A stretch of DNA of 62,745 bases, filler included, from Bipalium vagum (GCA_037834085.1; 3 parts of 3 records of this genome joined end to end with filler, not necessarily neighbours in it); one strand, 5' to 3'. Numbered from the whole stretch's first letter, positions 38,219 to 51,290 are shown. Made by a program: numbers and translations. The notes: a model not told the origin generated them from the sequence alone.

Positions 38219-39770
38219 TAAGTTGGGGCATAAGTTCAGCAGCAATGCAAAATATTTGAATATTAGTAATATTAAATCTATTCAATAATAATATTTCAGC
38301 AGTGATTGTTTCAATATTCTTAATTCATTATATTCATTAACGCAATTTTTAACAATTCATAAGATAAGTAAACCATTTAATAAAATAATATTAATAAATA
38401 AATAATTTTATGACTGAATAGAAATGAAGTGCAAATTCTTATTCACTATTGTTGAAGGCGCGGAATTTCTATTGGGGAATCTGCAAAAGAAATATATGAT
38501 GCCAAGGATGAAGTGATCGTTCACGATACAACTGTATCTCGTTGGTATAAACTTTTTGACTGGTGACCTTAATTTGTAAGAAAAACCTCGTAATTGGATA
38601 ATTATGATATGCGTAGCAATCTTGATTGTGAACCATAATTTAGCAGTGTGATTTGGGAGCAATGTTTAATTTGGATTAGAAAACAGTTTTGAGGCACTTG
38701 CATCAACTCGATTATGTCCCATCAAGACCCACGAGAGTTGACCGAAGCATAAAACAATTGATGCATTTAAATTTTCCGCTACTTACTGCAGAATTTCATG
38801 AACGATCGATACTTTAAATACATTATCACGTCTGATAAAAAATGAATTTACTTGATAAGTGTAAACCAACAAAGGCAACGAGTTCCAAGAAGTAAAGCTC
38901 CCCCATCAGTTCCAAGGCAAATTCGGTTCGCTAAGAAAGTAATGATCTGTGCTTGGTAGAATTTCGAGGTTGTGCTTTATTTCGAACCTTTTCCCGATAG
39001 CAGTGCCATTAACTTTGATCTATACCATGAACCACTAAGCTTAAACAAAAATAACTCAAATTGGTTCGAAAAAAAGGACTCTGTTCCACCATGATAATGT
39101 TAGACATCAAAGAGCAAAGAAGACGCTCAGATCTTACGCTTCAGATGCTTGCCTTAGGATATGCTTAGTGTTTAGAAATAATGCCTTAAAGGAGAAGACA
39201 TCTCAAAAATGGTTTGCAATTTATTGAACTGCTTTTTTTGAACAAGCTTTTAATGACTATCAGTCGGCAATGACAAAGAGTTAAAAAATTATTGAGGAAA
39301 ATCCTAAATTATCATGCCAATAGTTAGCCAAAATGTTTAATGTAAGTGATGAAACACGTTGCACACATTTGCATGCAAATGGAAAAATCATGGAAACTGG
39401 CCAAGTGGGTCCCAGATTCATTAACAAAGGAAAATAAGCTTCACAGAGTACACGACATGGTTTAATGCCAGTAACATATAATCCTGTATCATATTATCCT
39501 GATATTTCTCCTAAAGACTATTATCTTTTTTCGCCATTAAAAATATTTTTCGAAACAAAAAATTCAAAAATAGAAAAGAAATTGAAGTGAAAATTAGTAA
39601 ATATTTTCAGCTTAAAACTAAATTTTATAAAGATAGTATTTATAAACTTGTTTCTGCTTGGTAAAGTGTTATGATTGTGAGGGCGATTATTTTCATGAAT
39701 AAAATTTAATTTAGGTTATTCTATTTGATTTTTAATACAAAAACCCACACGAACTATCTTAGTTACCTAA
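38219..39770 (+). mobile_element. Two fused mariner relics
   Basis: TIR-like ta|ttaagttggggcataagttc. First copy gives HDTTVSRWYK, IITSDKK, KVMICAW and LFHHDNVRH up to about 39120. A second N-terminus starts near 39130, then YYPDISPKDYYLF and a TIR-like end cgaactatcttagttacctaa|ta. Confidence 0.8.
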
Positions 39771-40297
39771 TAAATGATGTGGATTTTCTGACGTTAATCG
39801 ATTGTCATAAAATTCATTCATTATTTTAAAAGATCCCTCATATTTCATCGGTGATGTAATATACCTCATTTTGGTCTGTGTTGCATAATGGTAAAACACG
39901 TTGAAGTTTCTTAATCTTGGCACTCTTAATAATACGAGAAAAGTAATCATTAGCCATTGTTGGGACCTCGAAAATTTATGAGAAATTATAGAACATGTAC
40001 TACATAAGAAAACAGCATTCTCAAATCTCAAAATTATCATTTTCTGAGTTTCTTTTTGACGAAATAATATAAAAAGGTTCGATATTTGATTAAATTCTGT
40101 TGAGATCAAATGAAGATTAAACAAGTAATAATGATACATAAAATAAACGGGGAAAGAGTGTTATGATATCAGACAGGACATTTGATAATTGAAATGAGAT
40201 TGCCAAATTGTTATGGATTTGGTTGTGTCTACCCCCCCCCCCGCTTCTCTCACTCCCGTTTCATGTTCCGATTGATTAAAGATTGAACCTAATTTAG

Positions 40298-43200
40298 AAT
40301 GATGTGCGATTGGCACACTGTCTCTATTCTGCGGACAGTCACCTGATTTCCGATGAGTCAGCCAACATGCATGAACAGAGCAGGGGACAAATTTCTTCGT
40401 TTCCTTTCACTGCAGTCGCTTATGAACCTACCCAATTCCTCACCGTCAGTCTGTGTCACGGGATCAGGTACAATGTCTGAATATATTTGTTGATTTTGTG
40501 AATCACCTTAAGCAATACTTTATTCCATTATTGATAATTATTAACATTTATTCCTTTTTTGCATTTATTTTTATGTAAGACGTAATGAGATCAACTGTCT
40601 AGAAATATCTTGTAACAATTTCTTATTTAAGATTTGCTTGAGTTATTCTTATGGATTATTTTATGGAATTTTAAATGGTTATCTTTTTAAATTTTAAAAT
40701 CCACATCACATTGAAGATGGGGTGAATATTTTGGACATTTATTGATATTGGAAATTCCGAACCAGAGAAATAAATTTATCCTTGTAATTTGAGCACGTTT
40801 TTATGAACTAAATGAAATGCTGTCTTGTTTCAACTTTTTTTTGGAATTAATAATTGATAAAGAACAGGGATGAAAATTCTAGTTCTATTCATTCTAAAAT
40901 TATTGACTTTGATAAAATTACTGTTAAGTGGTATTGTTCAACTTCAAAATCGTACATCGTACGTCCACCTCACTTCTGTGTCAAACTCAAATTTAACAAA
41001 AATAGAACTAATTTCTTCAAATTTTGTTCATGAAAACCGACCGGGACAAGATCCAGTTGAGAAGGGCCTCTACGATGTTGCAAGTCAGAAAGCTTTTTTC
41101 TTTCAAATAATCTCACTAATCATTGTTTTGCAGATTCCAGAATTTCTCAATATAAAGTAATTATATAATGTTTTTTTAACATCAATTTTTGTTGTTTTAA
41201 TTGTTTCAATCGTATCGTTATGACATCAACTTGTTTGTAGATTCTTAAAATTCAGAAAGACTCATTATGGAGTCTCAGTAATAAGTCTAAACTTGTTTTT
41301 AATGTTTATGGCTCTATAATTGAAGACCTTTCTGGATTTACTTGTATGAGAATGTCCTTTAAATTTAACATTGGACTGAAGTTTTGCTAGAAACATAATT
41401 TAATATTTTTTTTACCGTAATTATTCAACCAAACGTAATGAGTGAAGAAATGTACATTTTATTCATCTAATTACGTAAATGATCATACCGTTGATCATAC
41501 AAACATTGTATTTTTACCATGGCAATATCGAAGAACAGCCACGAGTGATGAACACAGGTGAAAACTTGCAACACGAGTTCAGTGCTCAGTAGTTATCGTC
41601 ACACTCATTACAATTTGACATTTAACTTATAACGGTTTAAGCATTTAATGATTAATAATAATTATTAGTTATAATTTTTATTTTATTATTTCATATATTC
41701 GTCATCATAGTCTATTGATCAGCTTATAGACTTCACTAAATACCCCACGGACATCTTATTGTCATGCAATCCAACTACCTACATTAATCATTAATGCTTC
41801 ATTGATGATCGATAAAGAAAATATTTAATGATTTAAATATTTTATTTCCAGTCGTTTTAAGAGATATACATTTCATTTGAAGGAGTGCTTCAAAAAATTG
41901 TGTTAATCAATAGAAAAAATTGAATGATGAATATATTTCTCAATTTTCCTTTTATGAAGTTCGGATCGGTTTCATAATTGATTATTTTTATTGACTTCAT
42001 AAAAAAATATGCCCGTGAATGAATAATTTTGATATTTGATTATTCAGAATGCCATTTTTATTATTTTGATGAATATAAAGAGTTTTCGTAACATTTTGTC
42101 ACATTATTTTTATTAATCGAATAATTTTGGAGACTAAGATTGTCTTCTGAAATGCCCTGTTACATGTATTTCTTAACACAAACGAAAATGGTGTCATATA
42201 CAATTGTATCAATGTCGGTGGAGTAATTTTTTAGAAATATAAATTTAATTCACTCGTTTATTATTTATTACAATTTACTACTGTTACATATAATATTATT
42301 GTACCATCATTCATGATTTAGATTTGTTTTTTAGCGTTCCAAACGGTCTGCATTCCACATTCCCAAGCAGCAAACGCCTGGTCCATTCCTTGTCGAGCTC
42401 TACATAATTGTTGATTCCAAAATTGTGAGATCTTTTTTACTTTGGTTTTTTAAATCTCCGTCCTTTCCCTGTTTTGAAGTTTTCTTTATTATAAATATTT
42501 TATATTTTGGGGATTTTTGAGTTGAAAATAAGTACTACTAGGAAATGAACAAGTAAATCCAAATTTAGTCATATATTAATGAATTTGAAAAATCTTTCAA
42601 CATTGTTTGAGCTATTTGATTTTTCAATGTTTCCATCATTTTTTTTCCTACACAGATTCACAATTGTAATTCTTAGAGGCAATACAAAATTTTACAAAAA
42701 TGATAACTAAAAGTGCTTTTCTGTGTGAAATTATTGATTGAAACAATACATCATTGAATCTAATCATCGTGATATAAAAGAAGTTATTGACATTTTTGTT
42801 ACTATTAAACTAAAACGTAGAAACGTCTGCTCGTGACTCCTCACTTTTTAATTCCTCTCAACCTTTTTGAATTTAAACCACCATCCACAATACTGTATCC
42901 GCACCCCTAAGAAACAATTCGAAATATTTAAAATAAAACTTTATTTGTACTAATACAACAATTACAATTGCTAAATAGATTCAAATCACAATAAAAACGT
43001 TATTAAGGGTAAAATAAAATCACGTTCAAGGATTACGTTAATGCTGAAATCGAATCAATAATAAATTATTAATAAAATTGATAAATTAAAACAAAGATGA
43101 ATAAATCGGTCTCACCAAGAGCAACAAGGGGTCCCCGGGTCACCCTCTAGGCCCTTCTCAGGTTGCCTAGGGGTTCCCAAGCTCGCTGGGTCCCCTTGTA

Positions 43201-46200
43201 AAAATCCGGTTGCATAATTGAGGATAAATCCGGCTGCATCATCAATGATTACTTCGGGATTTCGTCTTCGTCCTCTGGCTTTTCGGCTTTTCTGGCCATT
43301 AACGGGAATAGCCGTCTCCTTTAATAGTCGTAGAGATTGGTCTACGATCACCAATCCCTACGCTCAGAGACGGCTATTTTCCATAATAGCCACTCACTAT
43401 CTCTACGCCGAGATAGTCTCATGCCGAGGCTGATGGATTCCTGTCAGGAAATCCATTAGCCTGATCTCTTGAAAAATCCCCACGGCGGGATTTTGCGNNN
43501 NNNNNNNNNNNNNNNNNNNNNNNNNNNNNNNNNNNNNNNNNNNNNNNNNNNNNNNNNNNNNNNNNNNNNNNNNNNNNNNNNNNNNNNNNNNNNNNNNNNN
43601 NNNNNNNNNNNNNNNNNNNNNNNNNNNNNNNNNNNNNNNNNNNNNNNNNNNNNNNNNNNNNNNNTTCTATACATGCTTGAAGTTTAGACCTATGCTGAAG
43701 TCTTTTATTACATAAAATATTTTGATGTCCAAAAATTTTACAGTAATAAATAAATCTTGATTAAAAAATTGAATAATAAAACAGTATAAATGTGAAAATT
43801 ATTTCATTATTCTGTTTACTTGCATAATTTTAGTATAAACAGTAATGGATACTGAAGGAACTTAAATTTAAAACTATGGAAATGAACTAAATTAAATTAT
43901 AGGATCAATTAAAAGTCTTCGTGGTTGGCTTTGAAAAACTTATCATTCAGTATGAACTTGTTAATGGTTTAAGTTACTCTGCACCTTGTAAAAGAACAGA
44001 TTAAAAATAGATCACTAGTCAAATCGATTAACTAAAGATAGTCTTCGAATTGGATATCTGGTTACATATATAAAAAAGGTATATATTAATATAATATGAT
44101 AATATAAGAGTGAAGTGAAAAGGGAGTGAAAGCGCAGTTGTTGAAAAGGTTCTAAATAATGTGGAATCAAGTACTTGAAATACTTTTTATTGGGTTAATG
44201 AAAAATTGTTTTCAAATTCATTTGACATCAGAGAAGTTTTGAAAAAAGAACTCTAAAAGCTTAGTTTAATGATAAATCGTATTATTTTTAAGTTTTTAAT
44301 ATGATTTAAAAGCTTTACAATTTACACAATATTTATCATTTTCGATTACACCTCGAGCATATAGTATCATTAAATTCTCAAAAATTGATTTTTATATAAT
44401 ATTATTTATTATATATATATATTATTATAATTATTATTATTAATATTATTGTTTATATTTAATTGATTATTTAAACTCATTGATAAAAAATTTAATTTCT
44501 GATATTTTAAATTAATATTTTAATCAATAAAAATTGTTTTTAATAAATTGATTTATTTATATTTATTCAATAAAATTTAACAACAATCAACTGTTAATCG
44601 TAATGTATATTCTAACATTTTTGTTGTAAAAAAATTCAATCTAACGAAATTTTTTTCTCATTTTAAAAGATTTTTTCTTGTGTCCTCTGTACTCTTTCAA
44701 TAATCATCTGAAATTAATATTTTGTGATTTAGGCCAGCTTGAACCGGGACAATAATTATGATCCTTTGATTGAGCGAATCACATCGATTTTGAATCATAT
44801 CAATTTGGTAAAAAGCTTTTCTTTATCCATGATCCAAGGCTTTATTTATATTCAAGGCATATAGTCAATTTAACATTTACTTCACTATCATTCAACTGGA
44901 AATTTGGGAATATGATCAAATGGAACTTAAAATTGAAGACAACATTTTGTATGAATTGCAAATATACAAACGAAGATTTATCACTAAAAGACATGACTGT
45001 CTTCATGCAATCCTGTGAGAAATACAATTCGAGTTTTATAATAACAGAATTCTTATCATTGCGTTAATAATAATAATAATTTCAGAGGTGGAGATGTTGT
45101 TAACAGGAGACGAGGGTATGCAGAGAAAGGTTCTATGTGTGGTTATAGTTCCTGTGTGGGATATACGAAGGTTTCATACTTTTAATGAAATTTATTTACC
45201 ATTAAAATGTCTAGGATTATCGAGGTCAAAATGAGTCAAGAATAATTCATTCAGTATTGCATGAGATTGGTCATAATTTTGGACTTCATCATGACACAGA
45301 ACAGTGCTCCTGCTATGACTGCATTATGGGTACAGGCGTTGAGTACGATAACTTACATTTATTTGATAATAATATTAATAAAAGAAAAACTTTAGAATGA
45401 TAAAAAATAATCATTTGAGACACTTCCAAAAATCAGTTTGGTTGATTGAAAGAAATTTGTATACTTCTCAATTTATAAGGACTACAAAAAAATAAATAAT
45501 TTAAATATTACTTCAATTTAAAAAAATGTTTAAACTACTTATAAAATTTATCATTATCAGGGTGCATTATTTGTGGCCTAAAATTAAAAAGCAGCAACGC
45601 TATATTTTTACTATCTGAATATCTAATTTAGGTTTGAAAATTGCATTTGTTTAAATAAATACTTTTAGATGGCGCAATAAATGAAATAAAAATAAGTTTC
45701 CTATATCAAAATTACATTTCAAACATGTACTAGTGCTTTTATTTGATAATCGAAAATCACTAGCTGAAGGAGCACCAATGCTTGAAGAAACATGACATAT
45801 ATTTTTTAATAAGGAAAACAAAATTATATTAAAAATTAAAATATTAATATAATTTTTTTGTAATTGTTATTTATTCTCAGGATTTGATTTATATTAACAG
45901 ACTTATTAAGATTGAATGTCAGCCTTATATATGGCAAGTATTGCAAATTAAACACTCTATAACAAAAAACGGTGGAAACTTTTTAGCTCGCCTAATAATA
46001 AAATAATTAAATAGTATGATGCATTTTAAAATTTTACACTTAACATTACTTCCAGATTCGCCAGTAGCACTTTTCAGTGGTCAAACTGTTCAAAAAAGGA
46101 AATGTCGAGTCTTCTCAAAGTTGGGGTGGCTGATTGTTTGAGAGACAGTCCTGGAACAAATCGACTGGCAGACTTGAATTCCGTAATTATGGAACAAAAT

Positions 46201-46724
46201 CGTCACCCTATTTTAATGAACAGAAAAATCAGTCCCATGTGTGGAAATGGAGTGGTCGACGAAGGAGAAGACTGTGATTGTGGAGGAAGGTAAAGATATG
46301 CTCTGTAAAATATGTAATGAACTCAGGCCAAACAAAACTAGACTATGATAATTATCTATTTAAATCTTATGATAAAAATATCACAACAATTTTTATTAAA
46401 AATGAGTTTTATTATTTTTTTATTATTTATCTCTTATTAATACCCTATTCATCTTGTATCTATACCTATCTGACTATTTATCATAGGTTTCTTAGTTTAT
46501 ATATTCTTTATTTAACTGTTTATTATAGCAAAGGATGTCCTCTTGAATTTCTTCGCTGCTGTAACCCTTCGACATGCCGATTTCAAAGTGGAGCTTCGTG
46601 TGCAATGGGGGCTTGTTGTGACTTGAAGACTTGTTCATTAAGAAGCATAGGTACTATATGTAGAGATGGAAAGAGATATAGTTGCGATTTACCTGAATAC
46701 TGTGATGGGAAATCGGAATGGTGT
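40298..46724 (+). CDS. ADAM-family zinc metalloprotease-disintegrin, multi-exon; 5' exons unresolved and 3' end lost at the contig break
   Basis: Prodomain exons 40298-40467 (AHCLYS..LTVSLCHGI) and 40929-~41079, then small uncertain exons. ~42335-42424 has the RSKR furin site and VELYIIVD. Then 44733-44807, 44857-45014 (LEIW..HDCLH), 45086-45170 (GSMC), 45215-45342 (HEIGHNFGLHHD, CIM Met-turn), 46056-46289 (CGNGVVDEGEDCDCG) and 46529-46724 (disintegrin CC..CDLPEYCDG). Phases are consistent through the catalytic and disintegrin exons. Confidence 0.93.
42895..43497. mobile_element. GC-rich intronic insertion with serial hairpins, possibly an LTR in minus orientation; runs into a gap (43498-43664)
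   Basis: Begins with TGT and has a reverse AATAAA near 42940. GC content jumps at 43110-43497, with at least five stem-loops. Confidence 0.45.
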
Positions 46725-46824
46725 NNNNNNNNNNNNNNNNNNNNNNNNNNNNNNNNNNNNNNNNNNNNTTAATTAATTAANNNNNNNNNNNNNNNNNNNN
46801 NNNNNNNNNNNNNNNNNNNNNNNN
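46725..46824. other. Artificial contig-join linker
   Basis: 44 N + TTAATTAATTAA + 44 N, identical to the first linker. Confidence 0.97.
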
Positions 46825-47670
46825 CTTGTTGTTTTACTTACTCTCCTGGAACGACTCATGCTTTCTTTTTCTTTTTCGCCTTCCAATTGCGTGAACACCA
46901 CTTTCTTCAAAAATACCATATCACAATCTGGTACTCTATATACCAATAATGACTCTCCCGTGCCACATGTTGTGTGCTTGAAATTGCAAAAGGAGTGTGA
47001 CAGCACTTTTCCTGTGACGGCTTCGAATGCTCCTTCAAATTCTCGTAGTTGTACCATGTAATCTGAATATGTAACCACCATGATACTTTTTCATCTTTCC
47101 TGTATTTTTCTCTGCCACTGCTGGTACCATCTGCTCCTATACTACTTCCTTCGGTAAAGGCTTGTCTTGTTCTTACTCCTATTTTCGCGTCAATTGCTAA
47201 TCCTGCTTCAATTTGTAACTTGTAAAGAATGAAAAACCTTTCAGAATAATATTCTGTCGTCGAATGTCTCGTGCCCCTCTTCTGACAAATATCCTTGTCT
47301 TTGACGAATATCTTTGTAGCCTTTTCGGACAAATATCCTTGTCTTTGACGAATATCCTCACGACAATTTCTTGCGGAGAATTTTATGCAATCCACTTCGG
47401 ATTCCATTTCCTTATATACTATCCTAATCAGACGATCAATCAATCGTAGACCAGTTTTATCATTGGGGAATGTCATTTCCCTTTTTAGCTTGATAATTCT
47501 AAATCGTTCCCTCCTTGCGGACCCTGATCTAGTCTTGGCAATTAAAGTTCGCCATTGTCAAGATCAGATCCCTTAAAAATAATAATTAATTACTAAATCC
47601 GTCCCTCCTTCCGGACCCTGATCTAATCTTGGCAATTTAGGTCCGCCATTGTCAAGATTAGATCCTTTGC
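46825..47670 (-). mobile_element. Probable retroelement 5' region (gag/ORF1-like frameshifted ORF with duplicated upstream hairpins)
   Basis: Overlapping minus ORFs 46907-47476 and ~46825-47081 without splice structure. A 44-bp-period tandem duplication (47284-47312 = 47328-47356) shifts the frame. No diagnostic domain recognised. Confidence 0.4.
47500..47666. repeat. Two ~73-bp direct repeats, each with a 17-bp hairpin
   Basis: 47500-47573 and 47594-47666; gatcta(g/a)tcttggcaat ... attgtcaagat(c/t)agatc. Confidence 0.9.
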
Positions 47671-49418
47671 TGGAAAAAATTAATTGCCCATTTTTTATTT
47701 GGATGTAATTTTATTAATTAATTAACTATTATTATTATTAATTTATTTCTGACCCTCTTGTGGTCTTAATAATTAATATATAATAACCAATTTAAACCCT
47801 ATTGCGGCCTGTACCATACTTCTACTTTTACAAGGGTTGGCAAGGATGTGTCCTTGGCTAATCCAACAAAATGCATAAATTTGTTTACATTAGCCGAGGT
47901 TTCAAAATTTTTAATCCCAGGTTTTCTTTGAGATTACATTTTTATAATACATTAGTAATCACATATATTTTGTATTAATTCACTGAGATATAAAGTAAAT
48001 TTTTTATTTATCAGAACTCATGGTTTCTAAAATCTAAATCCAGTTATTTAATTAACTAAGTATATATCATATATGAATAACTATCGTTTGTTATAAGATA
48101 TTTTTATTTTTTAATTATAAAATTTGAAAATAATTTTTTTATTAAAATGTTTTAGGAAAGCATTTTAAAATGTACATTAATTAATATATAATACTATAAT
48201 ATTTAAAATTTTGTTTAAGTGTTTGATTTTTAATTATTATTTTGCTTTCTTCAGTAAGTTAACTTTTATTTATCTAAAAATCTCGTAAAATATTTAAAAT
48301 TCTAATTATGTTTTTAATTTTTCAAATTATTAATTAACGATAAAATATTACACTTCAATTTAATAATATTTGCAGTTTATTCTGAAAAGTTATAAATACA
48401 TTATATTTAAGTTATTTTGAAATTTTTTAAAATTTCGCTTATGTTGTTCAAGTTGTTCATTAAATATATTTGATCTTTTTAGAAATTATGCTTTATAGTT
48501 CTAATTAAGAAGTTAAGAATAATTAGTAAAAAGATACAGGTAAGTCATTCTATTTTAATTGTCATTATATAATGATATATATTGTGAATGGGCAAAATAT
48601 TAATTGATTTTGATGCTGAAGTTATTTCATTGTTTTATTAATATTAATACAAAAATGCTTGTAAACTTGGTGTTATTTAAAAACTGGTATTTTTAAAATT
48701 TTTTTAAAATACTTTTTCGGCTATAATAAATTTTTACGATAAATCTTAGTTATCAAATGTTAGTCAAATCACCTACACTCAGTTTTTTATTATGCTTTAA
48801 CCAATTTTTAGTTATTCAAGTAACCAAATTTATCAGTGAAATCAGAAAGGGAAAATGAAAGATGAAATTATACCTCACTAGTACTGATTCTTTACTTATC
48901 ATATTTCCTGGTAAATAAATAAACTAATCAGTAGTATAGAAAATCACTCAATAATTTTCAAATAGATTAACGGTAAAATTAAAATATGAATCACAAAAAG
49001 AAGCCTATCAAATCGCACCACGAAAATAAAATCTCTGGTCTGTATGGATCGTTTAAAAAGGATCAAACTACTCGGAATTAAAGTAAAATCCTGAAGCATA
49101 GGGATCATAAAAAGTAAGTATCTCTATAGATAAACCAACATTCTGTAAATTTTTTTCAAAAAAATCTTCATATAAATATTACTTCCTTGATTTCTTCATT
49201 GGTTTTTTTATAATGATCTTCTACAAGGGGCGGATCAATCCAGCAGTCTATTGCAAAATTGTGGGCAAACATTTAATTAATATTCTATTATTTCCTTCAA
49301 GTTTCGATAATTCTTAAATTATTTTGGAAGGAGAATATTATTACTATTATTCAGTCCACAATTGCATCCTTAAATTAAAAAAAAATTTACTATTATTTTA
49401 AAATATATTAATTTATTA

Positions 49419-50280
49419 TCAGGTTGTGTAAAAACTTTGAACAAAAATAATTAAGTCATGCAATAAAATTTATTCAGTGAAATAGTCACCATTTGCTTCT
49501 ATAACCTTAAGCCAGCGGTCCACTAGCATTTCAATTCTTGATTTGTAAAATTTCTGATTTTTGGAATTAATGAATTCGCGAAAGGCATTTTCTACCTCTT
49601 GATGTTTAAAACACTTGCCTACAAGAGAGTTTGACAAAAACATGAATAAATGAAAATCTGTGGGGGCTATGACTACTGAATAAGTAGGATGGAGAAGAGT
49701 TTCGTAGCCGAGATCTTTACCGAATTTTTGTACAGTTAATTTTGACGTGTGATATCTTTCATTATCTTGCAGGAGAATTGGAATTTTTCTGTTGACCAAT
49801 GATGATTGCTAAATTTTAAGGTTTTCATGAACTTTATCAAGCATATTACAGTACACATTAGATGTTATGGTTTGGCCTCGTTTGAGAAACTCAAAGTAGA
49901 TTACACCAGACACTTTCCATTGTCTTTTTAGAATAAATGTCTCTTTTTGCCACTTTACAATCTCACTCGTATCAAGCCATTGTCCAGAGCAACGAAAATT
50001 GTCAAAAGTGATCCACATCTCATCACTGGTGATAATTGTGTTCAAAAAAGGTTCATTGTTGTTGCGCAGTATCAAAGAGGTGCAGATACTCAGACGCTGT
50101 TTGTATGGAACCCACTGCTCATGCTTAAACACTTTGTCAATATGATGAAGATGGTTCGCTGTGGTCTTAGGTTGAACATTGAGAATTTTGTTAAGTTCAC
50201 TTACAGCTTGGGATGGGTCAGATTCAATCTGCTCTTTCTCTGTATCTACCAAAAATTATCTAAATTGGCGATGATTTAAC
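49419..50280 (-). mobile_element. Mariner relic (DD34D), 5' end missing
   Basis: WVPY, IITSDEMWI, LLQDNERYH, HPTYSVVIAPTDFHLF and GDYF C-terminus; TIR-like ta|tcaggttgtgtaaaaac. Confidence 0.92.
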
Positions 50281-50339
50281 CCACGAAATATAATCAGATT
50301 AATAACTTTCACAAGAGTGAACATAACCTTCTTCAGATT

Positions 50340-51290
50340 CAAATATTTGCCACAAGGTTTCTTGATGAATAATACAATGAATTTTCATCAGCGTCTGATT
50401 TCCAAGATTTTCCACGTTGTTTTGTAATAGTGCAACAAAGCCTTTTTTATTTCCTGCTATAACAAGTTCTCCATCAATTTTGAGACATCTAAATTCATTT
50501 TTGATATCATATTAATCACCATTTCAAAGATATCTTCTCCAGTAACTGTATTCTTCATATTAATTAACTGATTAAATTCTTCAAAAATATGAAAACTCGA
50601 AGTCACTCTACGCACAAATACTACAAGTTGAGCGGTGTCATTTAAGTCTATTCTCATCAACTGCAATCTAAAAATATTGTAATTCGCCTCAGGGATTCAT
50701 TAAAAAATTTTTAACATATGATGAAATCTCTTCAATGCGTCTTTTCACAGTCCTACCAGTTAGACTTATTAACGAAATAACCTTTTTCTGGTAAGGCAAT
50801 ATCTACCACTTCCATTAAGCATTCTTTAACAAATTCACCATCCGTGAACGGTTTCATCTTTTCAGCGATAAGTCTTGACACTTCATAGGTTGCTTCACAT
50901 TCACTCCTTTTCTTCATAAAACGATGTCTGTATTTGATTTCAGCTTCCTGACTTCATCTCTCCTTTGATTCTTCTGTAATTTTTAATAAATTTTCAAAAT
51001 GGTGGCTCATGTAATGGCCCTGATTATTGCCAGTTTATTCACAGCAACTTTTTAAAGGCAAATAAAACATGTTGGCTTTCCATTTTGCTCTATAAATGAA
51101 ATAATCAATCGTCCAAGTATCTTGAAAAAGTCGACATTTGCCATCTACTTTCCCAATTTTTGAATTCATGGGTTAATTAAAATACTGCATTAGAATGAAT
51201 ATTTATAAAAATTTTTTTTATTATAAATACTATCGTTATTTAACATGCGCTCACGGGTCGGTCAAATATCTTCATAAGCTTGTCAAAATC
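50340..51290 (-). mobile_element. hAT transposon relic (Charlie/SPIN, GTF2IRD2/EPM2AIP1-like)
   Basis: KVDGKCRLFQDTWTIDY, KMKPFTDGEFVKECL and DLNDTAQLVVFVR..TVTGEDIFE. Confidence 0.85.

Noticed and set aside
40870-40928. MKILVLFILKLLTLIKLLLSG as the ADAM signal peptide and start
   Set aside because: An upstream prodomain exon (40298-40467) splices in phase to the AG at 40927-40928, so this hydrophobic stretch is probably intronic.
43427-43475. Hammerhead ribozyme (ctgatgga..gaaa)
   Set aside because: The core is not CUGAnGA and those bases are sequestered in a simple hairpin; stems I and III are not evident.
47500-47666. CRISPR-like repeat-spacer unit
   Set aside because: Only two long copies, no cas genes and a eukaryotic context.
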